DNA from: an uncultured Alphaproteobacteria bacterium
GTDB taxonomy: Bacteria > Pseudomonadota > Alphaproteobacteria > Rhizobiales > Hyphomicrobiaceae
Assembly (NCBI GenBank): GCA_963761475.1
Contig: CAVXGT010000019.1
Location: forward strand, 162,494 to 226,493
Reading direction: 5' to 3'
DNA: 64,000 nucleotides
The notes below the pieces were generated by a model. That model was not told where the DNA came from, ran no database searches, and worked only from the letters and a program-made list of their open reading frames with translations. Shown piece by piece: positions 38,882 to 48,385 of this stretch. The translations under genes were made by a program, and so were the position numbers. Each line of letters opens with the position of its first letter. Positions within the stretch are counted from its first letter, which is position 1.

Positions 38882-39640
38882 CTAACCCAGCAGGCGGAGC
38901 AGGGTTGCGGAGGCGCGCATCTCCTGCCATCGGGCGGCGCGGCGGCTTGCGGCCTCGGCGTCCTCACCCCATTCTGAAATCTGCCAGTCTTCGTCGATGT
39001 GGGCAGCCTGCCAGGCCGCTTCGGCCGTGATGTGGCTCTCGGCGACGGCCAATGCCAACAGGGCTGAGCCCATCAATGTCGTCATGATGTGCAGGGCCGT
39101 CAGGCGGAAGGCATCGTTGCGGGCCACTGCTTCGGCAATGCGCTCGATGGCCTCGGGAGGCTGGGTGACCGGCATCAAGCCGGTTGCGACCTGGAACCGG
39201 GCGCCGAGGCTCGAGGCGGCCCATGCGAGCACGGGGTCCCAGAACTCGGATTGGCGTGCGACGAGGCCTTCGGGAAAGTCGGCGCGATAGCACAGCAGAT
39301 CGCTGCCGGCATACTTCACGATATCGGCAGCAACGTCCGCCTCATGGTCTGCGACGCCATCGATGGCGGTATTGGCCAGTCGTGTCAGCGGCATGCCGGT
39401 AGGGTTCACGACCTTGTCCTGGGCGTGCCATTCAGCGGCGATGGCCTCGGCCAGGGGCAGGGTTGACAACAATAACGGGCGGCGACTGGGCGTGCGTGCG
39501 GGGCGGCCGTCCAGGTGAATGGCGAAGCCCGTCTCGGTCCTGGCGGCCACGGCGTTCTGATAGAAACGCTTGGGCAGGGGGCGGGCCTCGGCCTCCCGAC
39601 CGGGCCGTGTCGGCGGCTTGGCGCCGGAGTTGTCGGTCAT
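38882..39640 (-). CDS. ATP12-family F1-ATPase assembly chaperone
   Basis: 252 aa; RFYQNAVAARTETGFAIHLDGRPARTP... pattern of ATP12/ATPAF2 homologues. Confidence 0.7.
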   Translation of the reverse strand: MTDNSGAKPPTRPGREAEARPLPKRFYQNAVAARTETGFAIHLDGRPARTPSRRPLLLSTLPLAEAIAAEWHAQDKVVNPTGMPLTRLANTAIDGVADHEADVAADIVKYAGSDLLCYRADFPEGLVARQSEFWDPVLAWAASSLGARFQVATGLMPVTQPPEAIERIAEAVARNDAFRLTALHIMTTLMGSALLALAVAESHITAEAAWQAAHIDEDWQISEWGEDAEAASRRAARWQEMRASATLLRLLG

Positions 39641-39750
39641 GGCCGTGCTCCTTCTCAGGGCGTCGCGGCGGTCAGGGGCGGGTGTCGGGCAACTTGGTGT
39701 GGGGTGCGTCTCGTGCCGGTCTCAAGCTTGGAACAGACTGGCACCGGACG

Positions 39751-40428
39751 CTATAGCGGAGCTGCCGGATTGCCCAGGAACTCGTCGATGGCTGCGATCA
39801 GATCGCGGGTGTTGTCGACGACGGTGTGCGCGCCGGCCGCGTGGAGGCGATTCGGGGCATGATAGCCCCAGCCGACGCCAATGGCGCGTGTCCGGGCGCC
39901 AAGTGCCATCTCGATGTCGAAGGTGGTGTCGCCGATCATGATGGTGGCCTCAGGCACTGCGCCGGTCTCGGCCATGGCGGTCAGGACCATCGAGGGGTGC
40001 GGCTTGCTCGGATGGTCGTCAGCGGTCTGGATGGTGGCGAAGGCCTCTTGCCAGCCCTGCTCGGCGAGCACGCGGGCGACGCCGCGATGGGATTTGCCGG
40101 TGGCGATGCCCAAGGCAATGCCGTCGATGGCGCGCAAGTGGGCGATGATGTCGGCGATGCCAGGATAGAGGGGCTCGGCGCCGCGCGTGAGAACACCGCC
40201 GGCAAAGGCGTTGCGGTAGTGATCGGCCAGGCTCAGTCGCACCTCGGCAGATGCCTGTGGCGCCAGACGGAGGAAGGCCTCGGTCAGCGAGAGGCCAACG
40301 CCGCCCAGGATCTCATGTGTCGATGGCGGTGGCAGGTCGTGGGCGGAGAAGGCGTGCGCCATGGCCGACGTAATGTTGTGCTGGCTGTCGACCAGGGTGC
40401 CGTCGCAATCGAAAATCACAAGTCGCAT
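39751..40428 (-). CDS. HAD-family hydrolase (phosphoglycolate-phosphatase-like)
   Basis: Motif I LVIFDCDGTLVDS, motif III/IV ...GDTTFD.... ORF to 40461. Confidence 0.75.
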   Translation of the reverse strand: MRLVIFDCDGTLVDSQHNITSAMAHAFSAHDLPPPSTHEILGGVGLSLTEAFLRLAPQASAEVRLSLADHYRNAFAGGVLTRGAEPLYPGIADIIAHLRAIDGIALGIATGKSHRGVARVLAEQGWQEAFATIQTADDHPSKPHPSMVLTAMAETGAVPEATIMIGDTTFDIEMALGARTRAIGVGWGYHAPNRLHAAGAHTVVDNTRDLIAAIDEFLGNPAAPL

Positions 40429-40489
40429 GCCGCTGCCCTTCATCGCAAGCGCCGGGCCCATGAGCCTCGGGCGCTTCTACCGGCTCTGT

Positions 40490-41140
40490 TCAGCGCCGGC
40501 GCAGGACGGCGTGAAAGCTGTAGCTGCGATACAGCCTTTCGAAGCGCAATTCCAGGCCATGACAGGTGGCAAGTCGGTTCAGGACCGTTTCCAGGTTTTC
40601 GCGGGGGGTCACTCGAAAGCGCTCGAGCCAGACGTAGAGCACCTTTTTCAAAGGTCTTGCGAGGCCTGTGCAGTCTCCGAAATCGACAATGTGGAGGCTG
40701 CCGCCGGGGGCCAGGTGGGTCGCTGCGTGATCGAGAGCCGCCTCCCACGGCGGGATCATGGAGAGCGCGTAGGAAAAGAAAATTCGATCGAAGCGGTTAC
40801 GGCCGAACAGGGCGTTGGCGTCGAAGTCGGTTGCATCGGCCAGGGCGAGCGTGATCTTGGCATCGAGGCCGCGCCGCTTGAGGGCTGAGTGCGCGGTCTC
40901 GAGCATCATCCGTGAGAGGTCGAGCCCGTAGAGGGTGGCCGCGGGATAGCGCCGGTGGATGCGAATGAGGTTGAGTGCCGTGCCGCACCCGATTTCGAGG
41001 ACGGCCGTGTCGGGGCTGGCGTCAAGTCCGGCAATCAACCGCTTGCGACCGAGCAGGTAGTATTCGCGCGTCAGGTCGTAGACGTGGCGCTGGTAGCGGT
41101 AGTTCTGATCGAGATGCTCGGCGTGAGATTGGCTGGTCAT
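40490..41140 (-). CDS. btaB: SAM-dependent N-methyltransferase BtaB (diacylglyceryl-homoserine N-methyltransferase)
   Basis: Class I SAM-methyltransferase motif VLEIGCGTALNL. About 216 aa. Located immediately downstream of btaA, as in the Rhodobacter/Sinorhizobium btaAB operon. Confidence 0.7.
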   Translation of the reverse strand: MTSQSHAEHLDQNYRYQRHVYDLTREYYLLGRKRLIAGLDASPDTAVLEIGCGTALNLIRIHRRYPAATLYGLDLSRMMLETAHSALKRRGLDAKITLALADATDFDANALFGRNRFDRIFFSYALSMIPPWEAALDHAATHLAPGGSLHIVDFGDCTGLARPLKKVLYVWLERFRVTPRENLETVLNRLATCHGLELRFERLYRSYSFHAVLRRR

Positions 41141-41151
41141 CGCCCGGGCGC

Positions 41152-42393
41152 TCAATCTTTCATCACGTAGAGGTGGAAGCCGCCATAGATTGCAGAACGA
41201 TCCTGGCTGGTCAGGCGCCGGGAGGTGTCGGTCTCGTAGGTCCAGCGTCCCAGGATATCGTCGTCGACGCGGCCTGGCAGAATGGTGTCGGTGCCGGCGG
41301 TGCGGAAAATGACACGGGATAACGGCCGGGCGGTGCGGGTAATCTCGCGCCACAAGTCGTTGAGTGTCGCATCGTCCATCCAGTCCTGGGCATCGAGCAG
41401 GACATACCGGTCAAGTGAGGCGCTGGGGCTGCGCGCCAGCAGGCGAGTGAACGAGATGTGGCGGATGTCGACGCGGACGGCCCAATCCTTGATGATGGCG
41501 AAATTCCGGGCTTCGAGGTAGGGCGGAACCGGAGCATCTGGCCCCTTGGCATAGCCCCGATTGAAGGCCTGCCAGGCGAAGTAGTTGTCCTTCAGGTCGA
41601 AGTCGCAGGCGAGCTTGCGCAGGCGGGCCTCGACCACGTCGGCCATGTGGTCGGCGTTGCCGAGTAGTGCCTTGTACTGGGCCGGCGGGATGCCGAGGCC
41701 GTAGAGTGAGGCCTCGTTGCCGAGGATCCTGCGAATGAGCCCCCGCTTGAACAGTGGCGCCAGCTCGCGCTCGTAGATTTCGACCTGCTGGTCGCGGGTC
41801 TGCGCCTCCAGCATGCGGCGGGGATCGCGGCCATAGAAGCGGGCGGCGGCGTGAGCGATGGTGATGCAGGTGCCAAGCAAGCCGGTGCGATAGAAGCCGC
41901 GCCGGAAAGAGGAAATGCGCTTGCGGCCGAGCTTGTCGCGGCCTTCCCAATAGGCACGCGAGGTGGCGTCGAGATTGGGGGCGATGTGCTGCTCGTAGAG
42001 TGCGACGTTGGCGATGTCGGCGGCGTTGGCGAAAAAGCGGCGGAAGGCGTCGGCGTCGGCCAAATGGCGGACCGCTGCCAGCTTCATCTTGTTGAGCGCG
42101 ATGTGGGCGTGGTTGAGGTCGACGGCGGTGACCTTCTCGGGATCGGCCACCAGATAGCTCAACACGTTGCAACCGCCGGAGGCGATGGTGAGGATGCGCG
42201 AGGTCGGCGTGAGAGCGAGCGCCTCCATGTCGACACGCGGATCCTCCCAGATCTGCGGATAGACGAGTTCGCTGAAGGCCAGCGTGAAGAGGCGCTCGAG
42301 CATGCCTTCGCGCGAGATGGCACGATTGCGATGAACGGCATCGCCAAGAAGGCCTGATGCGGCGCGTTCAGCCCGCTCGGTCCCGATCACCAT
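41152..42393 (-). CDS. btaA: S-adenosylmethionine:diacylglycerol 3-amino-3-carboxypropyl transferase BtaA (DUF3419)
   Basis: 413 aa; ...YPQIWEDPRVDMEAL...ILTIASGGCNVLSYL... typical BtaA N-terminal region. Confidence 0.75.
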   Translation of the reverse strand: MVIGTERAERAASGLLGDAVHRNRAISREGMLERLFTLAFSELVYPQIWEDPRVDMEALALTPTSRILTIASGGCNVLSYLVADPEKVTAVDLNHAHIALNKMKLAAVRHLADADAFRRFFANAADIANVALYEQHIAPNLDATSRAYWEGRDKLGRKRISSFRRGFYRTGLLGTCITIAHAAARFYGRDPRRMLEAQTRDQQVEIYERELAPLFKRGLIRRILGNEASLYGLGIPPAQYKALLGNADHMADVVEARLRKLACDFDLKDNYFAWQAFNRGYAKGPDAPVPPYLEARNFAIIKDWAVRVDIRHISFTRLLARSPSASLDRYVLLDAQDWMDDATLNDLWREITRTARPLSRVIFRTAGTDTILPGRVDDDILGRWTYETDTSRRLTSQDRSAIYGGFHLYVMKD

Positions 42394-42635
42394 GAGGTCT
42401 CCCTATCACAATTGGCGTGGTCTGTTGGCGGGGCCTGACGCTTTAGCCGCTGGCGGAGTCCGCCCGAGCCGAGCGCGGCGATTTCTGGCAGGTCCTGACA
42501 GGCGGGGCAGTGCACTTAGCTGGATCCGCACGCGCCTGCCTCCTGCGGAAGGCTGCGTGTTGGGCGTGCGACTCGCCTGCAATTTTGCCGAGGAGAGGTG
42601 CACAAGCGTGGCCTTCCTTCAAGGGGCGTTTGGTA

Positions 42636-43463
42636 TCAGGCTTCGACGGCCAAGGCGATGCGCACTTCGTCAACGCCGACCGGTGCCTGGTCGGGGCAAC
42701 GGACCACGACCATCTCACCGTCCAACGTTTCGATCAGAGCCGTGCAACTCTCGACCCAATCGCCGCAGTTGAGGTAATGGATGGGGCCGATCATGCGATC
42801 TGCGGGATGATGGATATGGCCGCAGATGACGCCCTGGGCGCCGGACTTGCGCGCTTCAGCGGCCACAGCTTCCTCGAAGGCGCTGATGTAGCTGACGGCC
42901 GACTTCACCCGGTATTTGAGGTAGGCGGAGAGCGACCAGTAGCCGAGACCCAATCGCTGGCGGAACCAGTTCAGGGGAATGTTGGCCCACAATGCAAGCT
43001 CGTAGCCGCGGTCGCCGAGGAAGGCCAGCCATTTTGCCGTCGCCACCACGATGTCGAACTCGTCGCCGTGCAAGACCACATAGCGTTTGCCTGCTGCGGT
43101 GGTGTGGAGTGCCGTCCGCTTTACCTCGATGCCGCCGAACTGCATGTCGCAGTAGTCGCGCAAGGCGTCGTCGTGGTTGCCGGGGATGAAGATGATGCGC
43201 GTGCCCTTGCGCGCCTTGCGCAGCAATTTCTGGATGACGTCGTTGTGGGATTGCGGCCAGTGGGGGGCGCGGCGGATCTTCCAGAGATCGACGATATCGC
43301 CGACCAGGTAGATGGTGTCGGCGTCGAGGTGTTTGAGGAAGCGCAGCAGCTGTGGCGCCTGGGCGTTGCGCGATCCCAGATGGATATCCGAGATGAAGAG
43401 GGTGCGAACGCGGCCCCCGAGAGGCGCCCTGTTCGTCGTCGCGTGTGCTGTCGTGTCCTGCAT
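42636..43463 (-). CDS. plcP: Calcineurin-like metallophosphoesterase, PlcP-like phospholipase C of the phosphate-starvation lipid-remodeling operon
   Basis: Motifs LFISDIHLG, GDIVD, GNHD, GHIH. It is upstream of and co-directional with btaA-btaB, as for S. meliloti SMc00171. An alternative start lies at 43541. Confidence 0.65.
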   Translation of the reverse strand: MQDTTAHATTNRAPLGGRVRTLFISDIHLGSRNAQAPQLLRFLKHLDADTIYLVGDIVDLWKIRRAPHWPQSHNDVIQKLLRKARKGTRIIFIPGNHDDALRDYCDMQFGGIEVKRTALHTTAAGKRYVVLHGDEFDIVVATAKWLAFLGDRGYELALWANIPLNWFRQRLGLGYWSLSAYLKYRVKSAVSYISAFEEAVAAEARKSGAQGVICGHIHHPADRMIGPIHYLNCGDWVESCTALIETLDGEMVVVRCPDQAPVGVDEVRIALAVEA

Positions 43464-43486
43464 GGGCGCTCGGGTATCGCTGTTCG

Positions 43487-43504
43487 ATTGCAGGTTCGTG
43501 ACAT
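43487..43504 (-). promoter_or_regulatory. Candidate Pho box (PhoB site) upstream of plcP
   Basis: The minus strand reads ATGTCAC-GAAC-CTGCAAT versus consensus CTGTCAT-N4-CTGTCAT (5/7 + 5/7). It ends about 24 nt upstream of the 43463 start. Confidence 0.3.
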
Positions 43505-43915
43505 GCCGGACGGTGGCGCGAAGAGCGTGGCGCGGCTGCATCAGCGGCTACGGGCTCGCTGTTGACGGGCAGCGGGCCGCTGTGGCGCGTGCGGGCGAGC
43601 CAGTCCGGGCGTGCACTCGGAAGCGGGGTCAAAGGTGGAGCGCCACCAGGACTGGCTCTGGTCCGAGGGCGCAGCCAGAGGGCGGGCTATGCCAGCGGAC
43701 GTGCTTGGCTCGAGGAATTGCGGCGCGGGCTCGGCGCTTGCGGGGCGTCGAGGACGGCGCGCCGGTTGTCTCGGAGCGGCCGGCACCAGCATGTCTGAGG
43801 GGGCAAGGCGCCGACGGGCGAATCACTAGCGCTCATTCATGACGTCAGCATTACAAGTGCACGGATGAGCCAAGATAAATTTCCACGCGCCGGCCGGGCC
43901 ATGGCCTGGGCGCGG

Positions 43916-44908
43916 TCACTCGAAGTGGTTGGGGTCGAGGCCGAGCAGCTTCCAGGTCACGAGCATGTGGTGAGGGAGTGGGGCGGTGATGTCCAACTTG
44001 GCCTTGCCGGGACGCGGATGGGGAATGATCAACCGGCGGGCATGCAGGTGCAGTTGCGGCTGGATATCCTCCATCGGCATGGGGCGGCCGTCCTCGTACT
44101 TGTTGTCACCGACGATCGGATGATTGATCAGTGCCATGTGGGCGCGCAACTGGTGCTGGCGGCCGGTTACAGGTTTCAAGGAGACCCAGGACGCCTTCTG
44201 GCCGACCCGGTCGATCATGGCGTAGTGGGTGGTGGCGTGCATGGCGCGCTCCTGCTCGCCGGCCTCGGCCTTGCGGACACGGTCGCCATCGGGACCTGAT
44301 GCCTTGACGAGGGCCGCTTCTATGCGGCCCTGGGGCGGTCGGGGTACACCGTGAACCAGGGCCCAATAGGTCTTGGCGGCGCTACGGGTCTGGAAGGTGC
44401 GGCCAAGGGTGGCGGCTGCGGCGCGCGTCTTGGCCACCAGCAGCACGCCGGTGGTGTCGCGATCGAGGCGGTGGACGAGGCGGGGGCGGTCGCCGAAGCG
44501 GTCGGCCATGCCGGCCAACAAGCCGTCGATATGGCGCTTGGTACCGGTGCCGCCTTGAACAGCGATGCCGAAGGGCTTGTTGAGCACCAGCACGTCCTCG
44601 TCCTCGTAGATGATCAGGCCTTCGATGAAATCGCGATCGGCCTTGGACAGTCCGGGAGGGGGCTTTGAACTCGGTCTCGGTGCCTCCTTCGGGGGCTCGC
44701 GGACGATTGTGGGGATGCGGACCTGCTGGCCCGGCTCGAGGCGGACTTTGGCCTCGGTCTTGCTGCCATTGAGGCGAACCTGGCCGGTGCGCAGCAGTTT
44801 CTGCAGGTAGCTTTGGCCGACGGATGGGAAGTGCTGTTTGAACCAGCGGTCGAGGCGCATGCCTTCGTCGCCTGCGGCGATGGTGATGGTTTCTACGGGC
44901 GGTTTCAT
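43916..44908 (-). CDS. RluA-family 23S rRNA pseudouridine synthase (RluC/RluD-like) with N-terminal S4 domain
   Basis: Catalytic HRLDRDTTGVLLVAKT motif; S4 region MRLDRWFKQHFP... Confidence 0.85.
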   Translation of the reverse strand: MKPPVETITIAAGDEGMRLDRWFKQHFPSVGQSYLQKLLRTGQVRLNGSKTEAKVRLEPGQQVRIPTIVREPPKEAPRPSSKPPPGLSKADRDFIEGLIIYEDEDVLVLNKPFGIAVQGGTGTKRHIDGLLAGMADRFGDRPRLVHRLDRDTTGVLLVAKTRAAAATLGRTFQTRSAAKTYWALVHGVPRPPQGRIEAALVKASGPDGDRVRKAEAGEQERAMHATTHYAMIDRVGQKASWVSLKPVTGRQHQLRAHMALINHPIVGDNKYEDGRPMPMEDIQPQLHLHARRLIIPHPRPGKAKLDITAPLPHHMLVTWKLLGLDPNHFE

Positions 44909-45285
44909 TTGAGCATCGCCTTCGTCGTTGCTAGGCCGGCCACGAGGGCTGCGATCGAGAGCAGGACGCTGCCCGCGACGTAGATGGCGGCAAGCGTGGT
45001 CTGGCGTCGTTCGAACAGGGTGTAGGCGTCCAGGGAAAAGGCCGAAAAGGTCGTGAAGCCGCCGAGGATGCCGGTTGCGAGGAACGTGCGCCAGAGCGCG
45101 GAGCCGGCCAGCAGCGGCTCGGCTGCAGCGACGACGGCGCCCATCAGGAATGAGCCTGCGACATTGACAATGAGTGTGCCCCAGGGGAAAGCGGCGCCGA
45201 GCACGGCGACGGCTGCCACATTGGTCAGATAGCGGGCTCCGGCGCCGATGGCGCCGCCGGCTGCTGCGAGCAGGAAAAGTTGCAT
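44905..45285 (-). CDS. crcB: Fluoride ion channel/exporter CrcB (Fluc)
   Basis: About 127 aa, four TM segments, …GGFTTFSAFS… motif. The ORF extends to 45369; start taken at MQLFLLAA. Confidence 0.8.
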   Translation of the reverse strand: MQLFLLAAAGGAIGAGARYLTNVAAVAVLGAAFPWGTLIVNVAGSFLMGAVVAAAEPLLAGSALWRTFLATGILGGFTTFSAFSLDAYTLFERRQTTLAAIYVAGSVLLSIAALVAGLATTKAMLK

Positions 45286-45535
45286 TGAAACCGGCGCCTT
45301 TGCTTCTTGCGACTTGGCCCGACTTGGCGGGCTACCCCCGCAATAACGCATTGCTAGGCCCAACAACAAGTGGCGGCATCGCAGGATGGCCAGCTGGAGG
45401 CGTGGACGCTCACCTCCGACGCCGGCTTGCCAGCGCGCGGTAAAGTACGGACAATCGCGTTTTCGCCGGCAACTGCACGTCGGGCCGGTGCAACACGCGG
45501 CATAGGCTGGCGCGATACATCTGGTGGAGGATCAC

Positions 45536-46276
45536 ATGCGTCTCAAGGACAAGGTCGCCATAGTTACCGGTGCGGCGTCGGGCATGGGGGCTGCAACCGC
45601 CCGCATCTTCGCCCGCGAAGGAGCGTTCGTGATGCTCACCGACATGAACGACGAGGACGGCCAGAAGGTTGCCCGCGAGATCGGCAACCGCGCCCAGTTC
45701 ATCCACCATGACGTTTCCAAGGAAGCTGATTGGGAGGCGGTGGTCGCCGAAACGCTGAAGGCGCATGGCCGGATCGACGTGCTGATCAACAACGCTGGCG
45801 TTTCCGGCTCGAACCCCGACCGGTTCTCGATGGACACCTGGAATCAGCAGATGGAGATCAACGCCAAGGGCGTGTTCCTCGGGCTCAGGGCCGTCATTCC
45901 GGAAATGCAAAAGGTGAAGAAGGGCTCGATCGTCAATATCTCGTCGATCTCCGGCATCGCGGGCCAGGCCTTTGTGCACATGGGCTACAACGCGGCCAAG
46001 GGTGCGGTCCGCACCATGACGAAGGCCGCTGCCGTGCAGTTCGGCCGCGACAACATCCGCGTCAACTCTGTGCATCCGGGCGTCATGCCGCCGATGCGGA
46101 CGTCGCAGATGAGCGCCGACCCTGAAGTGCGCGCCAAGGTTCTGAGGGCGATACCGATGGGCCGGTTCGGCGAGGTGGACGAGGTTGCCAACACCAACCT
46201 GTTCCTGGCCTCGGACGAAGCCTCCTACATCTCCGGCGCCGAGATCGTCGTCGACGGCGGGTTCATCGCGCAATAG
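45536..46276 (+). CDS. SDR-family oxidoreductase (3-oxoacyl-ACP reductase / hydroxysteroid dehydrogenase-like)
   Basis: VAIVTGAASGMGAATA, NNAG, catalytic YNAAKGA. Confidence 0.8.
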   Translation: MRLKDKVAIVTGAASGMGAATARIFAREGAFVMLTDMNDEDGQKVAREIGNRAQFIHHDVSKEADWEAVVAETLKAHGRIDVLINNAGVSGSNPDRFSMDTWNQQMEINAKGVFLGLRAVIPEMQKVKKGSIVNISSISGIAGQAFVHMGYNAAKGAVRTMTKAAAVQFGRDNIRVNSVHPGVMPPMRTSQMSADPEVRAKVLRAIPMGRFGEVDEVANTNLFLASDEASYISGAEIVVDGGFIAQ

Positions 46277-46328
46277 GGGGCGCGGCTCAGCTCTTGGGGG
46301 CCTGCAGCGAGATCGCTTTGTGCATAGG

Positions 46329-46784
46329 ATGATTCTCATGACCTGCCGTCAAAGCGTGTCGCTGGCCGTCGCCTTGTTGCTTGCTATGACGTGCGCGGCA
46401 TCAGCCGTCGATACACCGGCCAAGGATGAGGCACCGGATTTGGCGGCAATTCGCGCATTGATCAAGGCCAAGGACTACATTGCGGCGCGTGATCAGTTGC
46501 TTCAATTGATCGACAAGCACCAGCACGCCGATGTCTACAATCTCCTCGGGTTTTCATTGCGGAAGACTGGCGATTACCGGAGAGCGCTGACCTTCTATCA
46601 AAAAGCCCTGGATTTTGATCAGGACCACAAGGGCGCGCTTGAATATTTGGGTGAACTCTACGTGGAGACGGGACAGCCGGAGAAAGCCAAGGAAAACCTC
46701 GCGAGGCTTGTGAAGTTGTGCCCAAGCGGCTGCGAAGAACGCGACGATCTCGAGAAGGCGATGAAGGAGGCAGGTATTCGCTAG
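46329..46784 (+). CDS. Secreted TPR-repeat protein
   Basis: Signal peptide MILMTCRQSVSLAVALLLAMTCAASA, then TPR-like repeats (…YNLLGFSLRKTGDYRRALTFYQKALDFD…). The ORF begins earlier at TTG 46185. Confidence 0.55.
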   Translation: MILMTCRQSVSLAVALLLAMTCAASAVDTPAKDEAPDLAAIRALIKAKDYIAARDQLLQLIDKHQHADVYNLLGFSLRKTGDYRRALTFYQKALDFDQDHKGALEYLGELYVETGQPEKAKENLARLVKLCPSGCEERDDLEKAMKEAGIR

Positions 46785-46785
46785 C

Positions 46786-46812
46786 GGCTAGGGCTCGCGC
46801 GGCGTTTTTGGA
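46786..46812 (+). terminator. Putative intrinsic terminator after the TPR gene (GC-rich segment followed by a T5 run)
   Basis: gctagcggctagggctcgcgcggcgttttt directly follows the stop codon. The stem is imperfect, so confidence is low. Coordinates approximate to 1-2 nt. Confidence 0.3.
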
Positions 46813-47069
46813 TGTCCCTTATTTTATGGGGACTTCATTTCCCCACCAGTAACCGGCCCATGCTGGATAATTGGTCATGAGTTGGTTAGATGATACTCGT
46901 GGAGTGATGCCACAAGGTGGGCTCGGCATGCCGTATAAATTTACAGTCGAAAAATTGGGTAAATCGGTCGTTCGGGCGCCTTTAGTCACGGTTCGGCATG
47001 CGCCTATGAGATATGGCTTGTTGCTTGCGATCAAGATGTTTCTGTTGTCGATAAATAGCGGAGAATACC

Positions 47070-47840
47070 ATGAAGTTGTTCGATCTCACGGGAAAAGTTG
47101 CAGTCATAACCGGCGGTAATGGCGGGATAGGCTTGGGCATGGCCACGGGCCTTGCTGAAGCCGGAGCGGATATCGTGATTGCAGCAAGGAATCATAGCAA
47201 ATCCCAGGCCGCGCGAATGGCATTGATGAGCACTGGCCGACGGTGCGAGTGCGTCGAATTTGATGCTCGAATTGAAGCCTCCTGCTCGGCTATGATCGCG
47301 GAGGCGAAAGAAAAATTTGGGCGCATTGATATTCTCGTTAATAATGCTGGATTCAACATCAGGGACAGGGGTCGACCTGAAGAAATTTCGATATCTGATT
47401 TCCGGGCCCTTATCGACACAAACCTAACTTCGGCACTTGTCTGCGCCCAGGCGGCCTATCCATACTTGAAGGGAGCTGGTGGAGGGAAAATTATAAATGT
47501 TTCATCACTCGCATCATTCCTTGCGACCCCAAGAATGACAGGTTACGCCCCGTCAAAAGCCGGATTGGTCCAGCTTACGCGAGTTTTGGCTTCTGCCTGG
47601 GCGCAGGATAACATTCAGGTCAATTGTATTCTTCCAGGTTGGATCGATACGGAAATGACACGTAACAGCTCACAAAAACGACCAGGTTTCGTTGATGGCG
47701 TAATATCAAAGACGCCTGCTGGTCGATGGGGGACGCCAGAAGATTTCTCTGGAATCGCCGTTTATTTGGCTAGTGGCGCATCAAACTTCATGACAGGATC
47801 CGAAATAGTTTTAGATGGTGGGTTTTCGTTCAACCTATGA
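47070..47840 (+). CDS. SDR-family oxidoreductase (KduD/gluconate-5-dehydrogenase-like) on a low-GC island
   Basis: VAVITGGNGGIGLGMA, NNAG, YAPSKAG. Codon usage and GC (about 50%) differ markedly from neighbours (about 66%). Preceded by about 280 nt of AT-rich non-coding DNA. Confidence 0.8.
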   Translation: MKLFDLTGKVAVITGGNGGIGLGMATGLAEAGADIVIAARNHSKSQAARMALMSTGRRCECVEFDARIEASCSAMIAEAKEKFGRIDILVNNAGFNIRDRGRPEEISISDFRALIDTNLTSALVCAQAAYPYLKGAGGGKIINVSSLASFLATPRMTGYAPSKAGLVQLTRVLASAWAQDNIQVNCILPGWIDTEMTRNSSQKRPGFVDGVISKTPAGRWGTPEDFSGIAVYLASGASNFMTGSEIVLDGGFSFNL

Positions 47841-48024
47841 GGTGAGATCCGGGCGCGCGAAGGTAACCTGTTTTCGGACGTAGTGCGGCCGCAGATAAAG
47901 ACAAACGGGAACTCGTGACGGTCTTCTCTTGAGGGTGAGCAAAAGCCGCTGAGGCCAGTGATGGCGGCGGCTGCTCGATCAAGGCAACAGGCATTCTCGC
48001 AGGTGCGCAAGCTGGCGCTGCCAC

Positions 48025-48333
48025 TCACCTCCCGGTGTTGCGGTTCAAGGTTTCCCAGAACTCGGGGCCGGCTTCGCGGGCGGTTTTGGGGCAATCGTCG
48101 GCGCAGTCGATCCAGGTGCCGTTCGGCAGCTCGACTTCCTGGATTTGTCGGGCGCCGATGGCAACGGTGCGGGTTTTGAGCGTCACCGGTGGGCCCGGAT
48201 TGAGCCGGCTTGCCACGGATATGGAGCCATAAGCGAGGATGCGGCGCGGGTTCTGCCGTTGGTACCAGAGGCCCGCGACCAATACGGCAACCGCCAGAAG
48301 CGCGACCAGCAATCCTGCCATTTTGACCGTCAT
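48025..48333 (-). CDS. Hypothetical small membrane-anchored protein (about 102 aa)
   Basis: MTVKMAGLLVALLAVAVLVAGLW TM helix, then a soluble part with a CxDDC motif. Downstream of typA on the same strand. Weak call. Confidence 0.3.
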   Translation of the reverse strand: MTVKMAGLLVALLAVAVLVAGLWYQRQNPRRILAYGSISVASRLNPGPPVTLKTRTVAIGARQIQEVELPNGTWIDCADDCPKTAREAGPEFWETLNRNTGR

Positions 48334-48385
48334 TCGGCGGTGTTCTCCGAGGCGGGATTGCCGGTTGTTCGGTGAAGAGATGCCC

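Noticed and set aside
39826-40854. 342-aa plus-strand ORF opposite the HAD hydrolase and btaB
   Set aside because: Antisense artefact.
45286-45400. Looked for a fluoride (crcB-motif) riboswitch upstream of crcB
   Set aside because: The leader lacks the conserved GGCGAUGG...AACCGCC...GCUGAUGAU blocks when read by eye. An Rfam scan would be needed to be certain.
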